Positions 11,601 through 25,087 of a stretch of DNA of 64,000 nt are shown one piece after another; within the stretch, counting starts at the first letter, position 1, and every line of letters starts with the position of its first letter. The notes beneath the pieces were generated by a model. The model was not told the DNA's origin, made no database searches, and worked only from the letters and a program-made list of their open reading frames with translations. Origin of the DNA: Trichoplax sp. H2 (taxonomy: Eukaryota); NCBI GenBank assembly GCA_003344405.1, contig NOWV01000012.1, positions 930,001 through 994,000 on the forward strand, read 5' to 3'. The translations under genes and the position numbers were made by a program.

Positions 11601-14600
11601 ACAGTTTGCGTCATCGAACAATCAGAAGGTTAGAAACTTTATTGCTCATTTTAAAATTTACTGATTCAAATGTGAATATTTTCTGTTGAGATTAGGATTC
11701 AACACATTTAGGTGATCTTTTAACAAATCCTGTTCATAATTTAGGATGCTCTGTGGGGTATGATGCTAGACCTGCTCAATGATTGTTTAATTCCATCTTT
11801 GTCTTTAACCGAGTGCAATGCCAGCTTGGGTGAAGAGTTATGGGATATGATCAAGATTTATCCGTATACCACTAGGTAGTATGTTAGCCATTGTGATCAT
11901 TTGGTATGTTTTCCTGTCATTAATTGTTCTTGATTTGTAATCTGAAATTTTACTTCAAGGTACCACCTTTATTATCATTGGAAGGCCATAAGCTATAATA
12001 ATCATAAAGATTTGCTTAAAGCTAAAACAAAAACGTTGGATAGTGCACGTTATATTATGAAGCGAATAACCAAAGAAAATGTTAAACCATCCGGCAGGCA
12101 ACTCGGAAAACTAAGTCATAGTAATCCAGGAATTTTATTCGATTACGTATGTTTTTGATCGAAGGATTTTATGAATATTTAGAAATTTTCTTGCAATTTT
12201 ATCATTTTGGTAAATGTACATATTGTTTTCTTTTCGAATTCTGTTATCCACTGAAGTTGCTTTCCCAAGTTCAGAAGTTTGACAATTTTATTGGGCCAGT
12301 AATTGACTCACTGAAATATCTGACATCACTTGCATATGATGTGTTAGCTCGTATCCAAAAACTTATTGATTTAGCGAATACTGATAGTATTATTACAAAA
12401 TGACTTTCTTAATATGATGAAATTGCTACTTTTTACAACAAATTACGAGAAATTTAGTTCTTAACTTTAAGTTAAAAGACTGCATAATTGAGGCTCTGTC
12501 TAGCGCTAGTAAACAGCGATCAAAGCACGAAGAGTCTACTACATCAGAGTGGTTGCAAAGTTTAGCTACTTTTTGTGGGTTGGCATTCAAAAAGTATACT
12601 CCTGAAGTTACTGGATTATTACAATACATTACCAATCAGTTGAAAAATGAAAAAAGGTAATATTACACATATATCTAAACTAGTGTCTAATATTCAGATT
12701 CGCTAAGTTTATGCAGTAACGATTATATTTGGCTATCAATTAGTTATGATTTACCAGTATTGCAAGAAATGATTACGAAAATGTCGGGTATAGAAATATC
12801 CGTAGAAATAACGCAAGATCAATTAGAGGCTCAATTCGGGGGTGATACTTTAGTTGCGGAAGGTAGCTTCTTTACCAATATTCGAAACGTCAAGAAATCA
12901 TCCCAGCGTCTTCGCGATGCACTTCTTACTGAAAATTTAGCTGTACCACTTTGCTTGCTGTTGGGACAGCAAAGAGAGAAAATTATATTCGATAGTAGTA
13001 ATGATATTCACATCAAGCTTATTGGGAAGTTATATGATCAGGTAAGTAGCTTGAATGAATATTTAGTTTACGATTCCTAATTAGGTGTATATTAAGCTTT
13101 GAACTCGTGAGTGATTTGAGTTTTTATAATCTTAGTGCCAGGATGCATTAATTCAATTTGGATGGTTTCTGGCTAATCAACTTCATATTGAAGATTATCG
13201 AAAACACCTTCCACCAATTAATATACTGCAACGAGAATATTGTATGAAACCGGATATAGCGTTTTTCTTCTCTCGGCCTATGTTTCATTACGCCATTCAG
13301 GTCTAGTTTAAATCTATTCTTCATTGTGGAGACATAATGTAACCTTTTAGAGTTCTTAGATTTATGATTTTAAATAATCTTATGCATGAACAGCGTGTGT
13401 ACCCGATATGTTATAGCTCATTTTGATGTCTTTGTTACATTTTCATTTAGTTGAAGTACGAAAAGCTCAATGAAAAGGGCAATGACAAAGAGCGGAACGT
13501 TGAAGCGGTTGGTATCTTAGAATTTTAAATCCTTTATTATCATTAATGGGAAGACTATCTGCCGGTAATTGTGTTGAATAACAACCCAATTTATTTATAT
13601 ATGTATGTTATATAAATAGTATATAAAAGCAAGTGAGTCTTACATGGGAGAACTAATCGAAAGTGCTAATAGTATGTTACCTGCATCAACTTGGAATGAC
13701 ATTAGGTTGGCTTTCTTCTGTAAAATTGATGCGATTTGTAACGAATATTGTTGATCTAAAATTTTAATTTAATGTTACCGTATTCTGCTGATTAATTAGC
13801 ATTCAGCTATATGTTACCTTCTGGTCATTGTCTATGTATGACATATATACACCTACTGCGCGTTATGAATCAGAGATTAATAAACTCACTCTGGCTATTA
13901 ATTCGATCGATGTGGAAAATGTGAGTCTTTAATATCATTAATACTTGGCTAAATGCAAAGCGAAATAATCAACTTGTCGTCAGAATTTTGGACATCATTA
14001 ACTTATAGATATTTTTTCTTCAAAGATTGCTCCTAGTAAACGAAAGAAAGAAAAAGAAAGACTGACGAATTTAATGGAGAAGCTCAGAACAGAAGAAAAG
14101 AAGCAAAAAGAGCACACCGAACGTGTAAAAGTGCGTCTAAGCCGTGAAAAGGATACGTGGTTTCCGTTGAGTAAGATTATATAGATATTGATTATCAATT
14201 GAATTTATTAGTTTAATTTAGAATATAGTAGCCTTTGACTGATATACAAGTACAATTTGGAATATTTAATTAATTTTAAGGAACATCAAAGAAAGATTTG
14301 CGCGTTCTTTGCTTCCTACAAACATGCATATTCCCACGTGGATGCTTTTCTGAAGCTGATGCTGTTTATTGTGCAAAATTTATTTTTCTCGTCCACAGTC
14401 TTAAATCTCCGAATTTTTCTACGCTACTGTTATTTGATAAAGTAAGATATTGATCACTTACATGGAATGTATCGTTTACGTAAGCAACAGTGGATCACTA
14501 AACTAACAACTACTGTATATCCGTATAGCTATTTTCAGATATCTCTTATATTGTATCATGCTTAACAGAAAATGAAGCGCATCATTATGGTATTGACGTT

Positions 14601-17371
14601 CCGTTAACTGATGATTTTGCTTATTTTCGTTGTGTTATATATTTATATGATATTAACAGTTTACAAATTATATTTATTTGTCTATGGCAGGCCGCTTTCT
14701 GTGTTGTATGCTAGAAACGATTGATAAATGGCATCGAAGTAAAGAAAAATATGATAAGGTATGTACAAAGCGGTTTAATTTGGACTAAGGATTCTTTACC
14801 CTAAAATCCCTGTTATCCATTTTTATTTATATGATGTTAGGAATGCAGTAATTACCCTGGATTTGCTACAATTATTCGTAAAAATGAAACTAGTCAATCG
14901 GATACAAATAAATCGAATCAGCTAGAATTCGAAGACTATCGACGTGTCTGTCGCAAATGGCATTACAAACTCACTCGGGTATGTCTATTTAACCTTCAGC
15001 TATATACTGTAGCGAGTGCAATAGTTATTCAGACTTTGTTATGAGCTTTATATTGACATGACTTTATTCTACGACATTTTCTTATAGGCATTTGCGTCAT
15101 GTTTAGTTTCGGAAGAGTATATTCAAATAAGAAATGCTCTAATAATTATGACAAAGGTATTATCTTGGTTAATAGTGTAGCTATCAACCGATATAGTGAA
15201 CTAATTTAAACAAATATTGAAATTTCATAGATTGTGCAGTACTTTCCTGTTATCGATAATCTTGGTAAAGCATTGAAAACTCGGCTAGACAAGCTTCAGA
15301 AGGATGAGAAAGATAAGAGGCCCGATCTATACGCTCTCGCTACTGGGTTAAATATGATACTTAAATTACTAATAACATAGTCATGAAGCCGATAATGTAT
15401 TATTAATACGCTTACTAAAACAAAACTTACTTAATGACAATATTTATCTGGGTATTTACTATTAGTTATGCTGGAAGATTTTTAAGTAAGGTGTCACAAT
15501 TGATTCCGGAGGAAAAATTCTATGTCAAGGTTAGCTTTTATTCATATTGAAATGCCGCTTAAACTGGGTTAGACTTAATTAAATTGGGTATTATCTCGTT
15601 TGAATTTAGGAGGTGACTGTAAAGTCCCAAAGTAGTAAGTTTCATGTTTTTTTATATACGTTTAGTAAATCTACTGATTTGTCTAAACGTCATGAAATGT
15701 ATGGAGAAATATTGTATATTAACCGTCACAGTGGTTGTTTTAGTGTAACGTTTATGCACTTCATTGGTATAGGTAAGTCAGCTTCATCAAGTAGCAGCAG
15801 CATTGAGATAGCGAAACCTAAGGCGTCTAATAAACCATCGGAGCATCCTACTAGTGCGGATTCGAATGTCAATTCTACTAGCAACAACGATCAAACGTTA
15901 GTCAAAGCTGTTGCGACGGGATCTAAGAAGTTAAAGAAAGAAGCGACTAATCCCGACTTAGCAAGCAATAAGAAAGAGGCCTCTGTCTCAAAAAATTCAT
16001 CAAGGTGATATGGCAAACATATTTTATTTAGATAAATAAATATTGGACTGTTGTTTCTTATATGTTAAAAATTTTAATAATAGTACATCATCGCAAGATA
16101 GCAAAAAATCAAAGGAGCATGTTAAACAATCTGATGGTCGAAAGTCTAAACAATCTTCGCCATTAACAGAAGGTGAAAGAGCAATATGTAGCATTGGACT
16201 ACAAAATTTTTTATTTGAAAATAAAATCGAATATAGTGTTAATGGCGTTTATTGCTTTACAATCTATCCTATGCAGAAGTAAGTAAGAGACGTAAAGTAC
16301 AAGAAGAGCCTAGTCCTGTGGAAGTTATTAAAAGAGAAAAGGTGTACTGTCGTGTGTTAAGTGCAAAATCGAAAGCGTTTAACCACTTTTCGATTGAATC
16401 GATTGGCTTAATGGTTATTGTCTTTATATAGCACGAGAAAGGAAAAGAAAAGGAAAAAGATAAGAGCAGAGTGGAAAGGAAACGGGTCTGTTTTATTTTA
16501 TGCAATGCGTAGTAGCAGTGTTATATTGTTTTTATTGATGGTGCGCTGTATGACTCTGACTATACACTAAAAAACTTGGAAAAAGGGTAACACGTAATCT
16601 GCATGAATTAATTTTGTAGGAACGACCACCGGATACCGAGATTGTCATTCAGAAAGAATCCAAGAGGCACCGTGATGAAGAAGCTACAGATAAAGGTGTG
16701 ATACTAAAATCGATAGAATTCTCATCAAGAGCTTATTTAATACCAAATATTGTTCAGATATTTTATCAATCTACGTTTGTAATAATAGTATCTGGTACAC
16801 CGAGTACGTCATCGAAAAGCCTCAGAAGTAATGTCGAAACCACAAAAGTGCACAAAGTACGCATGACTTGTACAGTAGTTATGTTTTTGCTTGCTAATTA
16901 CACAAATCGTAATGTAGGGTATTTCCGTACTGATCAAGTGTCAAGTTAATACGTTATCGATTTTTTAATTTGAAGGAAAAAAGTAAAGGCGTAAAAAGTA
17001 GCCATAAAACTGATACAGCTAAAGCCAACATAAGAGGTTCACGGTCAAGCTCGCCGGCTAGTAACAGTAGCTCTAAAAGGGTAGGTTATAATTGAGATTT
17101 AAGGTATTATTACTCAAAATATGAGCTAGCCTTATGTACGCTTAATATTTCTTTACAGAAAGAAAAAGATAGCTATGAACGCGGACGATCACCTAGTCAT
17201 AATGTGCGTCGAGAGCCTAGAGATGACCAAAAAAGTGGGAGAAAACAATATCTTTTTATTACGTTTGGGTTTTTAACTAACCCTTAGGATAAAATAAGTA
17301 CTCGATATTATTTTTATTAGATAACAGGAAATGTCATTAACTTACTATTAACAAAAGCGGAAAAGCTGTAA
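8671..17371 (+). CDS. THOC2: THO complex subunit 2 (many short exons; last exon uncertain, stop at 17340 or 17371)
   Basis: Exons encode [132 protein letters not shown] and KRPDL, followed by a K/S/R-rich tail. Confidence 0.95.
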
Positions 17372-19194
17372 CGAAGTTTAATTTTTAAATTGGACAAAAA
17401 TCAGCAATAATTCTTTAACAGTTTATAATCATAGTTATGCATTTGGTAGAAAATAAGCCTGGTTCCGAACAATTAACTAATTTCAACGAGGTTGTAACTT
17501 ATTAGATCATTTTTATTATAAAATCGTAACATCTTATTTAAATTTACTGCGATCTCAATTCGAACCACTTTTCGATTTTCAATGCTAGGTATTATAGTAG
17601 CAATTTTGTAAATTAAAGGAGTATAAATACTTACTGCTTGGTAGTAGTCAGAGAGTAAAGCAATTAAGTGTTGTGTTGTAGCATGAATATGCCTATTTAG
17701 TATAGCATAACTGCTTAATCAAGTTTTAGCCAAGTGATAACCCGTCAAATGATTATTTTCTATTTCAGGTTGGTCATATATATGGGATCGCTGTCGGTAA
17801 TGATTTATTTCTTGGTAGTTCTTATGAAGCTTTGTATCATTTGTAATTTATGATGTCATTGCCGTTGTGGATTTTAGACCTGATTAATTAACGACTATAG
17901 TTCATTACATTCATGGTGCTATAACGTCAACTGCAGTTGTTGTAATCAACAAATATTGTTCATACGTATGTTTCTATACCCTTGTCTTTACTATCACGCG
18001 TGCACGTAGATGCTTGCGTATGCGTTGGAATTATGTATTAATAGGCCTTTATCTGGTGCAGTTTGTAAAAAGTAGCTATTGCGGTTGATGATACAAGCAA
18101 TAATTGCCTTTATTGAGATAGTTGGTATGCAGTCTTGCTGCCTTTGTATCTAGGAGGGCCCCCAATTTTTTTAAATAAAAAATGTTTACTTGCCTTGTAA
18201 AATTGAATAATTTGTTTAGCTATGAAACCTTAATCTGATATGATTGTAGTATTTATTATTAGATGGAGCAAATTGAAAATTGCACTGGTTTGTTCAGGAA
18301 AGTTGATTAATCATTATAATTGATTGGCGAAGTACTGTACATAGAAATGTGGTCATGGGAGTACGCGTCCAAGACGTAGGAGTGGGCCTACGTGCTAATT
18401 GTTGACTGGCTTTGCCTTAACGTTCATGTTATATAGTATTCAAGTAAACAGTAGTTAAGAGATAATAATAAGAGACTGAAGAAAAAGAGATGACCCTGTA
18501 CTGTATGCATCGTCGCTATTCACTAACTAACCGTACACGTAGTAAAGGAAGACCAGGGAATAAGGTGGCCGCGGCTAAAATTCCGCACGGATATACATTA
18601 CTTTGGATTCTACTGTAGTACAATATATAAGTGCACTACCTTGGGTAGATTGAAGTACTGTAAACGACTTTGTACTGACAGATTGAGCTACATTATAACG
18701 TAACGTAGACGGTATTAAAATCGCTACAGTACAGTGCCAAATTGGATTGAATTAGATTGTTAATTCTAGTTCAATATCAGACGTTATTCCTAGTAAAACG
18801 TTGGGTATATTATCTAATCTTGTATAACGATATTTGCATGGGTCACCGGAGGAAAACCTAGGTATTCTTCTACATGCTTCCGTCCAGTATTATGCGATAT
18901 CGCATGATACGGAATTGGCTAAGCATGGCTTTTTTTAGCATTGTCCATTCTGGTCGGGCCTAGTGTACAAAGTTGTAGTCAGTCTTAAGCAAGGAATGTC
19001 CATGGGAATCTCTCAAACTCTCAAGATTTGCCCTGACGGCAACTTTCACCATGCTTAATTAATTGATAATAATATATATAATTTATTTAATATACTGGTA
19101 TTCTGTTTTCTCGCTGCCGACTCGATAACTGGATATTACAGTATGTGATTTTCCGATTTCGACAGATAGACAGACAGATGTCATCGGTCGCGGG

Positions 19195-19430
19195 CAGTAC
19201 ACTTAATCCACTAATCCAGTACAAAAGCAAATACAGTACAGTACAGTACTGTACAGTGAGCTTTGCACGGTGAGCGTTCGTACTGTACTGTAGCGTATTC
19301 GTCGTGACTCAGCTGAATACAGTACAGTACAAGTACTGCTAGACTACAGTACAGTACTGTACTGTAGAGACCGTTAGGGTCTTCAGGCTACAGTCTATCT
19401 GTACAGTACAGTACTGTACTGTACAGTCAA
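19195..19430. promoter_or_regulatory. Motif cluster upstream of PCF11
   Basis: Several (TACAG)n(TACTG)n blocks, e.g. tacagtacagtacagtactgtacagt. Confidence 0.55.
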
Positions 19431-19680
19431 CGCATTCATCAAGCTGAGTTTGAATTTTAGGCAGAAACAAGAGGAGAAGCCAAGGCAATTTGTTTGGGAT
19501 TAAATTGATTAAATCGGAGCGGTACAACTTCATTTTGAGCGGATAGATCGTTTTAGGTTATCCTACCATGACCTATTTCAATTTTAGTTACGTTGAACGT
19601 ATTGCTCTAGATTGATAGCTTAATGATGAAGTAGATGCAATCTATTTTGATATTTTGGACCAATCGACAGCCAACAAGAA

Positions 19681-22600
19681 ATGGACGAATCCGAAAGGCA
19701 ACGAGATATTTGTAATTCTTATATGTCGACGTTAACTGAGTTAACGAATAATTCCAAACCCGTGATTAATGTGTTAACGATCTTGGCGGATGAAAATAAG
19801 GAATTTGCTACTCATATTGTACGAATTTTGGAAGGAAGATTGCGAGAAGTAAGTTGTAGGATTGTATAGACGCTAGTTGCTCTTCCTTGATATGCTAGAG
19901 GATACTGCAGTTAAGCGAAAATACTGTATTCATCTCTATTGTATAGGTTACTGTATTAGTATTATGCGTACGTTGAGTTTGAAAGTAACGTCGGTTTCTT
20001 GTTGAAATTTTCAATGAAATGGATAGTATGCATGCAAGAATGGTTGATTGATGTTACTACATATAGAAGGCCTAAGGTCATCTATCCAAGCTTTTCTTAC
20101 GATACATAGAGAGACTACCTACTCAATATATGTATCTTGGATTACATTAGCCTTGTTCACTAGACTCAAGTTACGTTTTGACCCAGATGACGATGGCCTA
20201 CATGGAACTAAAACGACGTCCATCGGCTTTCCTTGCAATAGGAGTCTTTTGAGCTATTTGGGACTACGTGCGCTTACAACAGTAGCATTTTTCTTTACAC
20301 AAACCAACCCATCGCTTAATTATACCTCCATATTATCTGAATGGATTGTTCTTTTATCCATTTTTAATATCCTAGTAGTCATATACATTTTTGAATTCAT
20401 TTCCGAAATGTCCATCGACGCGTTATTGCCATTTGTCTATGAGAAAAAATGGCAACGAATTCATGATCCAAATACGTTACAATACAATATTGTACTGTAG
20501 AAAATGATATTTTGTACCAAGCTGTGCCGTAAACTCTAGTCTAACTGTTGATACTGCAGCCAAAGACGCTTTATGCTGTCACTGTAGGGCTAACACCATC
20601 ATTTTTGTCACCTGCTCAACACTACTTCAATGTGATTTTAATTAATTCAATTCATATAATTACTTAGCCCTTGTTCTCATTGGAGAAGTCCTTGTTGATA
20701 TTCCACATCTCTTACCCAATGGTACTATCAAGGAATACACACGCACAAGTTGGCAGAATAGTAGCTCTTGCCACTATCCACCATGACCTAGGCAGTGTTA
20801 CTTTTGATGAATATTCAATTCTTCCTTACAGTTATTGAACAGCAATGATTCACTGCTATCAAGACGCTTAAACAAGGCTTCACTTTTTACCCGCCATTTT
20901 AAAGCTATCCCTACAAGTTGGATTGCGGCCAGTGTGCAGTGTGCCTTCAAACGCATACTGTACTGTATAGTACTGTACACTGACTACAGTACTAAACCTG
21001 TAGTGTATAGTAAACTACTTGAATACACATGTTATTATGCGAAAGGCGAAGTTGCGCCATTAGTAGAAATAGAAGGCAAAATTCCAATCGACTGCTCTAC
21101 CAGTCTTATTAAAATGAAGACAGTAATATAATAATAATATGCACTACGATGGTACTTTCAAATCTCACAATTGGAGGATCAAAAGTGAAATGAAATGGGC
21201 ATGATCCGCTTATTTTCTGATAGTCCATAACGAGGCAGATCTTCCTAGATTATAAAGTCTTGGTTGTTCCATGACATATGTATGCACTCTATGCCATGTT
21301 AATCGGAAAAAGTGACATGATCGTAGCATACGGTTATGCGTATATTCATAGCTGCCACACGTATACTATTGTTAGTCATGGCGTCCATTTTTACTTCAGA
21401 GTCAAATTAAGGCCACACTCTTCCATAAGTCGGAAACCATTCTCTACTGCCACAAGGGCTATTGTGACCATACAAGTAAACAATACTGTACAGGAATAGG
21501 ATTGAATAGCGCGTTGGTCTAAGGGCATTAGGGTTGGCCAATTTCAGGTTTTGACCGTATAACTTACACAAAATACAAGATAGGCTAGGATATCACAGCG
21601 GCTAACGATACCTAAGTCATACTCTGATGCACAAGTTTCTTTTTACAATGATCGGCAATATTGTTTATAGTAGTCAATGCTGTATTGACAAGTCCAAATG
21701 TAGTAGTAAAGTTTTGATCAAGTAGCGTTGGAGAATGTGAATCTAGTTTAAAAATGGAATAGGTACAGCATTTTGCTACCATAAAATGACTCATCTCTTC
21801 CAATTGGTAAACTAATCTATTTGCAATAACTTAAACATCATCTTTGGTTTATAACCGCTTTTTAGGTCAACATCGAGATGAAACTTCCTGTACTTTATTT
21901 GATCGATTCTATTGTAAAAAATATTGGTGGACAGTATCGCGAACTTTTCACTCAAAATTTAGTATCCAATTTTTTCCATGTCTTCAACCAGGTACTATGG
22001 TGATAATCATTGATTTAATTTCATTTTAGTCAATGAGTGCTTCATTGTCGAGGATTCTATAACAGAAACTTTCAGTAACACCTAATCATTGCATTTTATT
22101 ACATATGTGTATAGGCTAATGATAAAGTTAAGCATAGCTTATGCAAATTAAGAAATACTTGGGAAGGCGTATTCCCACCTAAGAAATTAAAAGCTTTAGA
22201 CAATAAAATGCGTGAACCTGATCGCAAATCGCCTTCTCCACCTAAAAATATTCACGTTAATCCGCGATTTATAGAGGTAATTAGCGTTTGCTTTACCTTC
22301 AATCTATTTCCCTATACGTTTATTACTGTTACTACTTGTTTATTGCATGTATTTGACACTTGAAATTTTATATGGTTATTATTACATATATAGTTATATA
22401 TCTTGTACCTCCCGTTACAGTACTTAGCTGATTTTTTTATACATGGTGTTAAAAAGATTGTATATCAGATTAGAAAAAAATTTTGGATAATATTTTAAGG
22501 ATATTCAACTCAGAATGTAATTCAATAGAACTATTATTTTTTTTGTAGCAAATGCTAACTCGCTATGTATTATGCAGATAAGAGTAATAGTGTATGAGAG

Positions 22601-25087
22601 TAGGAGTCATTTGTATATCCTATTATCGATATTACTCCTATAGTAGCTTATACTTTGTAATTCCTGTAGTTTCTGTAGTTCTTAAAGTAAAACCTGAACT
22701 TCGAGTTGCTTAAAATCTTAAAAATAGTACGTTGCGTATACTATATATATATAATCCATAAATAGCTTTATTATTTATACTCTACCAGTCAGTGTTAGTT
22801 TAGTTTAATGTTGTTTAACTTAGATCCTCTTTCGGAGTATTAATTCTAATCTTAGATGAGAATATACAGTACACTGCATTGTTGTATTTTCCTACATGGA
22901 TCAGAATAAGTAATCGTGACAATCTCAAGGTGCAATTCTTTCTCCAATGTCACCTTTAGAGAGAGTATATCTTTTCGGTATATATTTTTTCTCGCACTGA
23001 ATGAGTTAATTAAAAATAAAGCGCTTTAGAACTACTGAATTTTGAGAAGAGATGGTTACTAGCCTTATTGAACCCTTATATAACTATTTAAATCTAGTAC
23101 CGCCATCCTGCTCCTCGGTCGGAATTTAGACCTAGACCTTACAATGATTTTCGAATGGATCGTCCCATGTATGATGCGGAAGATGGGCATAGACACCCTC
23201 CAGATGTCTACGGTCCTCCTCACGAATTTATGGGACGGCCACGAGGATTGATTGATGATTGGAGACCACCGGGTCCTCAACATCCTGAGATATTTCGTCC
23301 ACCCCGTCCAGTTATGGACTGGCCTGAGCAAAGACCTCGCTTTAACTCTGGTCCTCCACGCCCCTACAAGGCTCCTCGTAAACGTAAAGAGGAAGACCCT
23401 AGGATTGATCCTCACAGTAGAGAAAAACGTGGCAGGCATCGTGCTACAGGTAGTTTTAAGATGAAACTGATAGTTAAAACTGTAATTAACATCCTGTACT
23501 TCACTATTTGCAAATTAGTATCAACGGAAATACCCAAGGTTGTAAAGCCAACCGAATCCCTAAAGCGCAATAAAAATCAACAAAAGAAATTAGCTCATAA
23601 TACATCAACTCAACAATCGAAAGTAGGAACTATCAATAAAGGTATTATTTTCTTTCTTGAAAGATAATAGTATAATTGATTATACATTTATTATAGGACT
23701 TGGCGTGTTATTGATTTTAGTGTAGCTAGATGTATCAATAGTAGAATACGATAAATATAATACGAAAGCTGTTTTTACGTCAAATCTACCAAAATATTTT
23801 CATCGATATAGACAAGGATGAAGCCCAAGATATCCAGAGCCTTCTGCAAAATTTAATAAAAAATGGAATATTACCAAGTGGCGAAAGTCCAAGCCCTATA
23901 TCTAACGTTATTCCTCAGTTATCTTTAAAGGAAGAAGATTTAAAAAAGTGATGAGTATTAACAGTTGTGATATTGGTTTAAGTTAATTATTTCTTTTATA
24001 TCTTAAATGTTCCTTTTTTGTTTAATTAGAAATTACGTAGGCGTAATAGAAAAATTATATAAGAAAAAGCAGTGTTCTATGTGTGGAGATAGATTTAGTA
24101 GCGATGGTGCTAGGAGTGATTATAGCAATCATTTAGATTGGCACTTTCGATATAATAGTCGAAGGAATGATTCTAAAAGAAATCGATCAAGACCATGGTA
24201 TTTCTTACTAGAAGTGAGTCGTTGAGAATTTTGCATAATCTAATTTGTTTATTGAATGTAATAACGCTGTAAAATTACTCACAGGATTGGACTACATGTG
24301 AGGATTTAGACGATCCTGATAAGGGAGGTATGATGATGAAATTTCATATTTTAACTGATATTTCTTAAAATTGGTATTTATTACTAAGAATCTGCCGCTT
24401 TGCGCAATCGAAATTGGATTTTTAACGTAGCATTTAGTAAACTTTTTGAAGATGCAAAAATGAATGAATCAAGCGATGAAAAGATTTTAGAATCACTTCA
24501 GTGTAATTTAATACCGAACAGTGAGGATCAGGTTTGTATGTAGATCAGTGTTAGATGTGATAGTATTCGATATAGTAAAACGAAGGTAATATCGCTTCAT
24601 TTTTTACTGACTGTATTTTACGATAGGTTTGTGCTCTTTGTCACGAAGCATTTACTGACAAATTCTGGGAAGAGAACGACGAGGAGTGGCATTTTAGAAA
24701 TGCGAAACTGGTTGATGGAAAGGTATGATTAAGTAGTGGATCTATTTAGTCCTTCGTAATATACATGACCAACTATAATATAATGCTATATATATATATT
24801 TTTACTTAGGCTTATCATGCATCTTGTTACGATGACGCAATCGGAGTAAGTCGAGTAATTAATTTTGGATATACCTTATGGTCTAACTTAAGTATGATTT
24901 TTCGACTTCAAACTCTCTAATAAATGCTTTAAAAATTTTTCTATAGAATCCCTTGCTTGATGTTGATAGTAATAGTATTACAAAGAAGTTAAATGAAGAT
25001 ACTAATGCGGATGATATTTATGATGACAAAACACAATGTAAAGAAGGAAATAAAACGGGTTCTTTAGAACAAACTGAGCAAACCTGA
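19681..25087 (+). CDS. PCF11: Pre-mRNA cleavage complex II subunit PCF11 (multi-exon)
   Basis: CID domain (LTELTNNSKPVINVLTILA; KLPVLYLIDSIVKNIGG; KLRNTW), Pro/Arg-rich middle, QCSMCGDRF...HLDWHFR..SRPWY zinc finger/Clp1-binding region, and CALCHEAF..FWEENDEEWHFRNA..YHASC second finger. Confidence 0.93.

Noticed and set aside
20048..20500. 150-aa ORF, or integrase-like HHCC hints on the opposite strand, in PCF11 intron 1
   Set aside because: Non-ATG start, no recognisable domain, motif hints scattered across frames, and no LTRs or TIRs.
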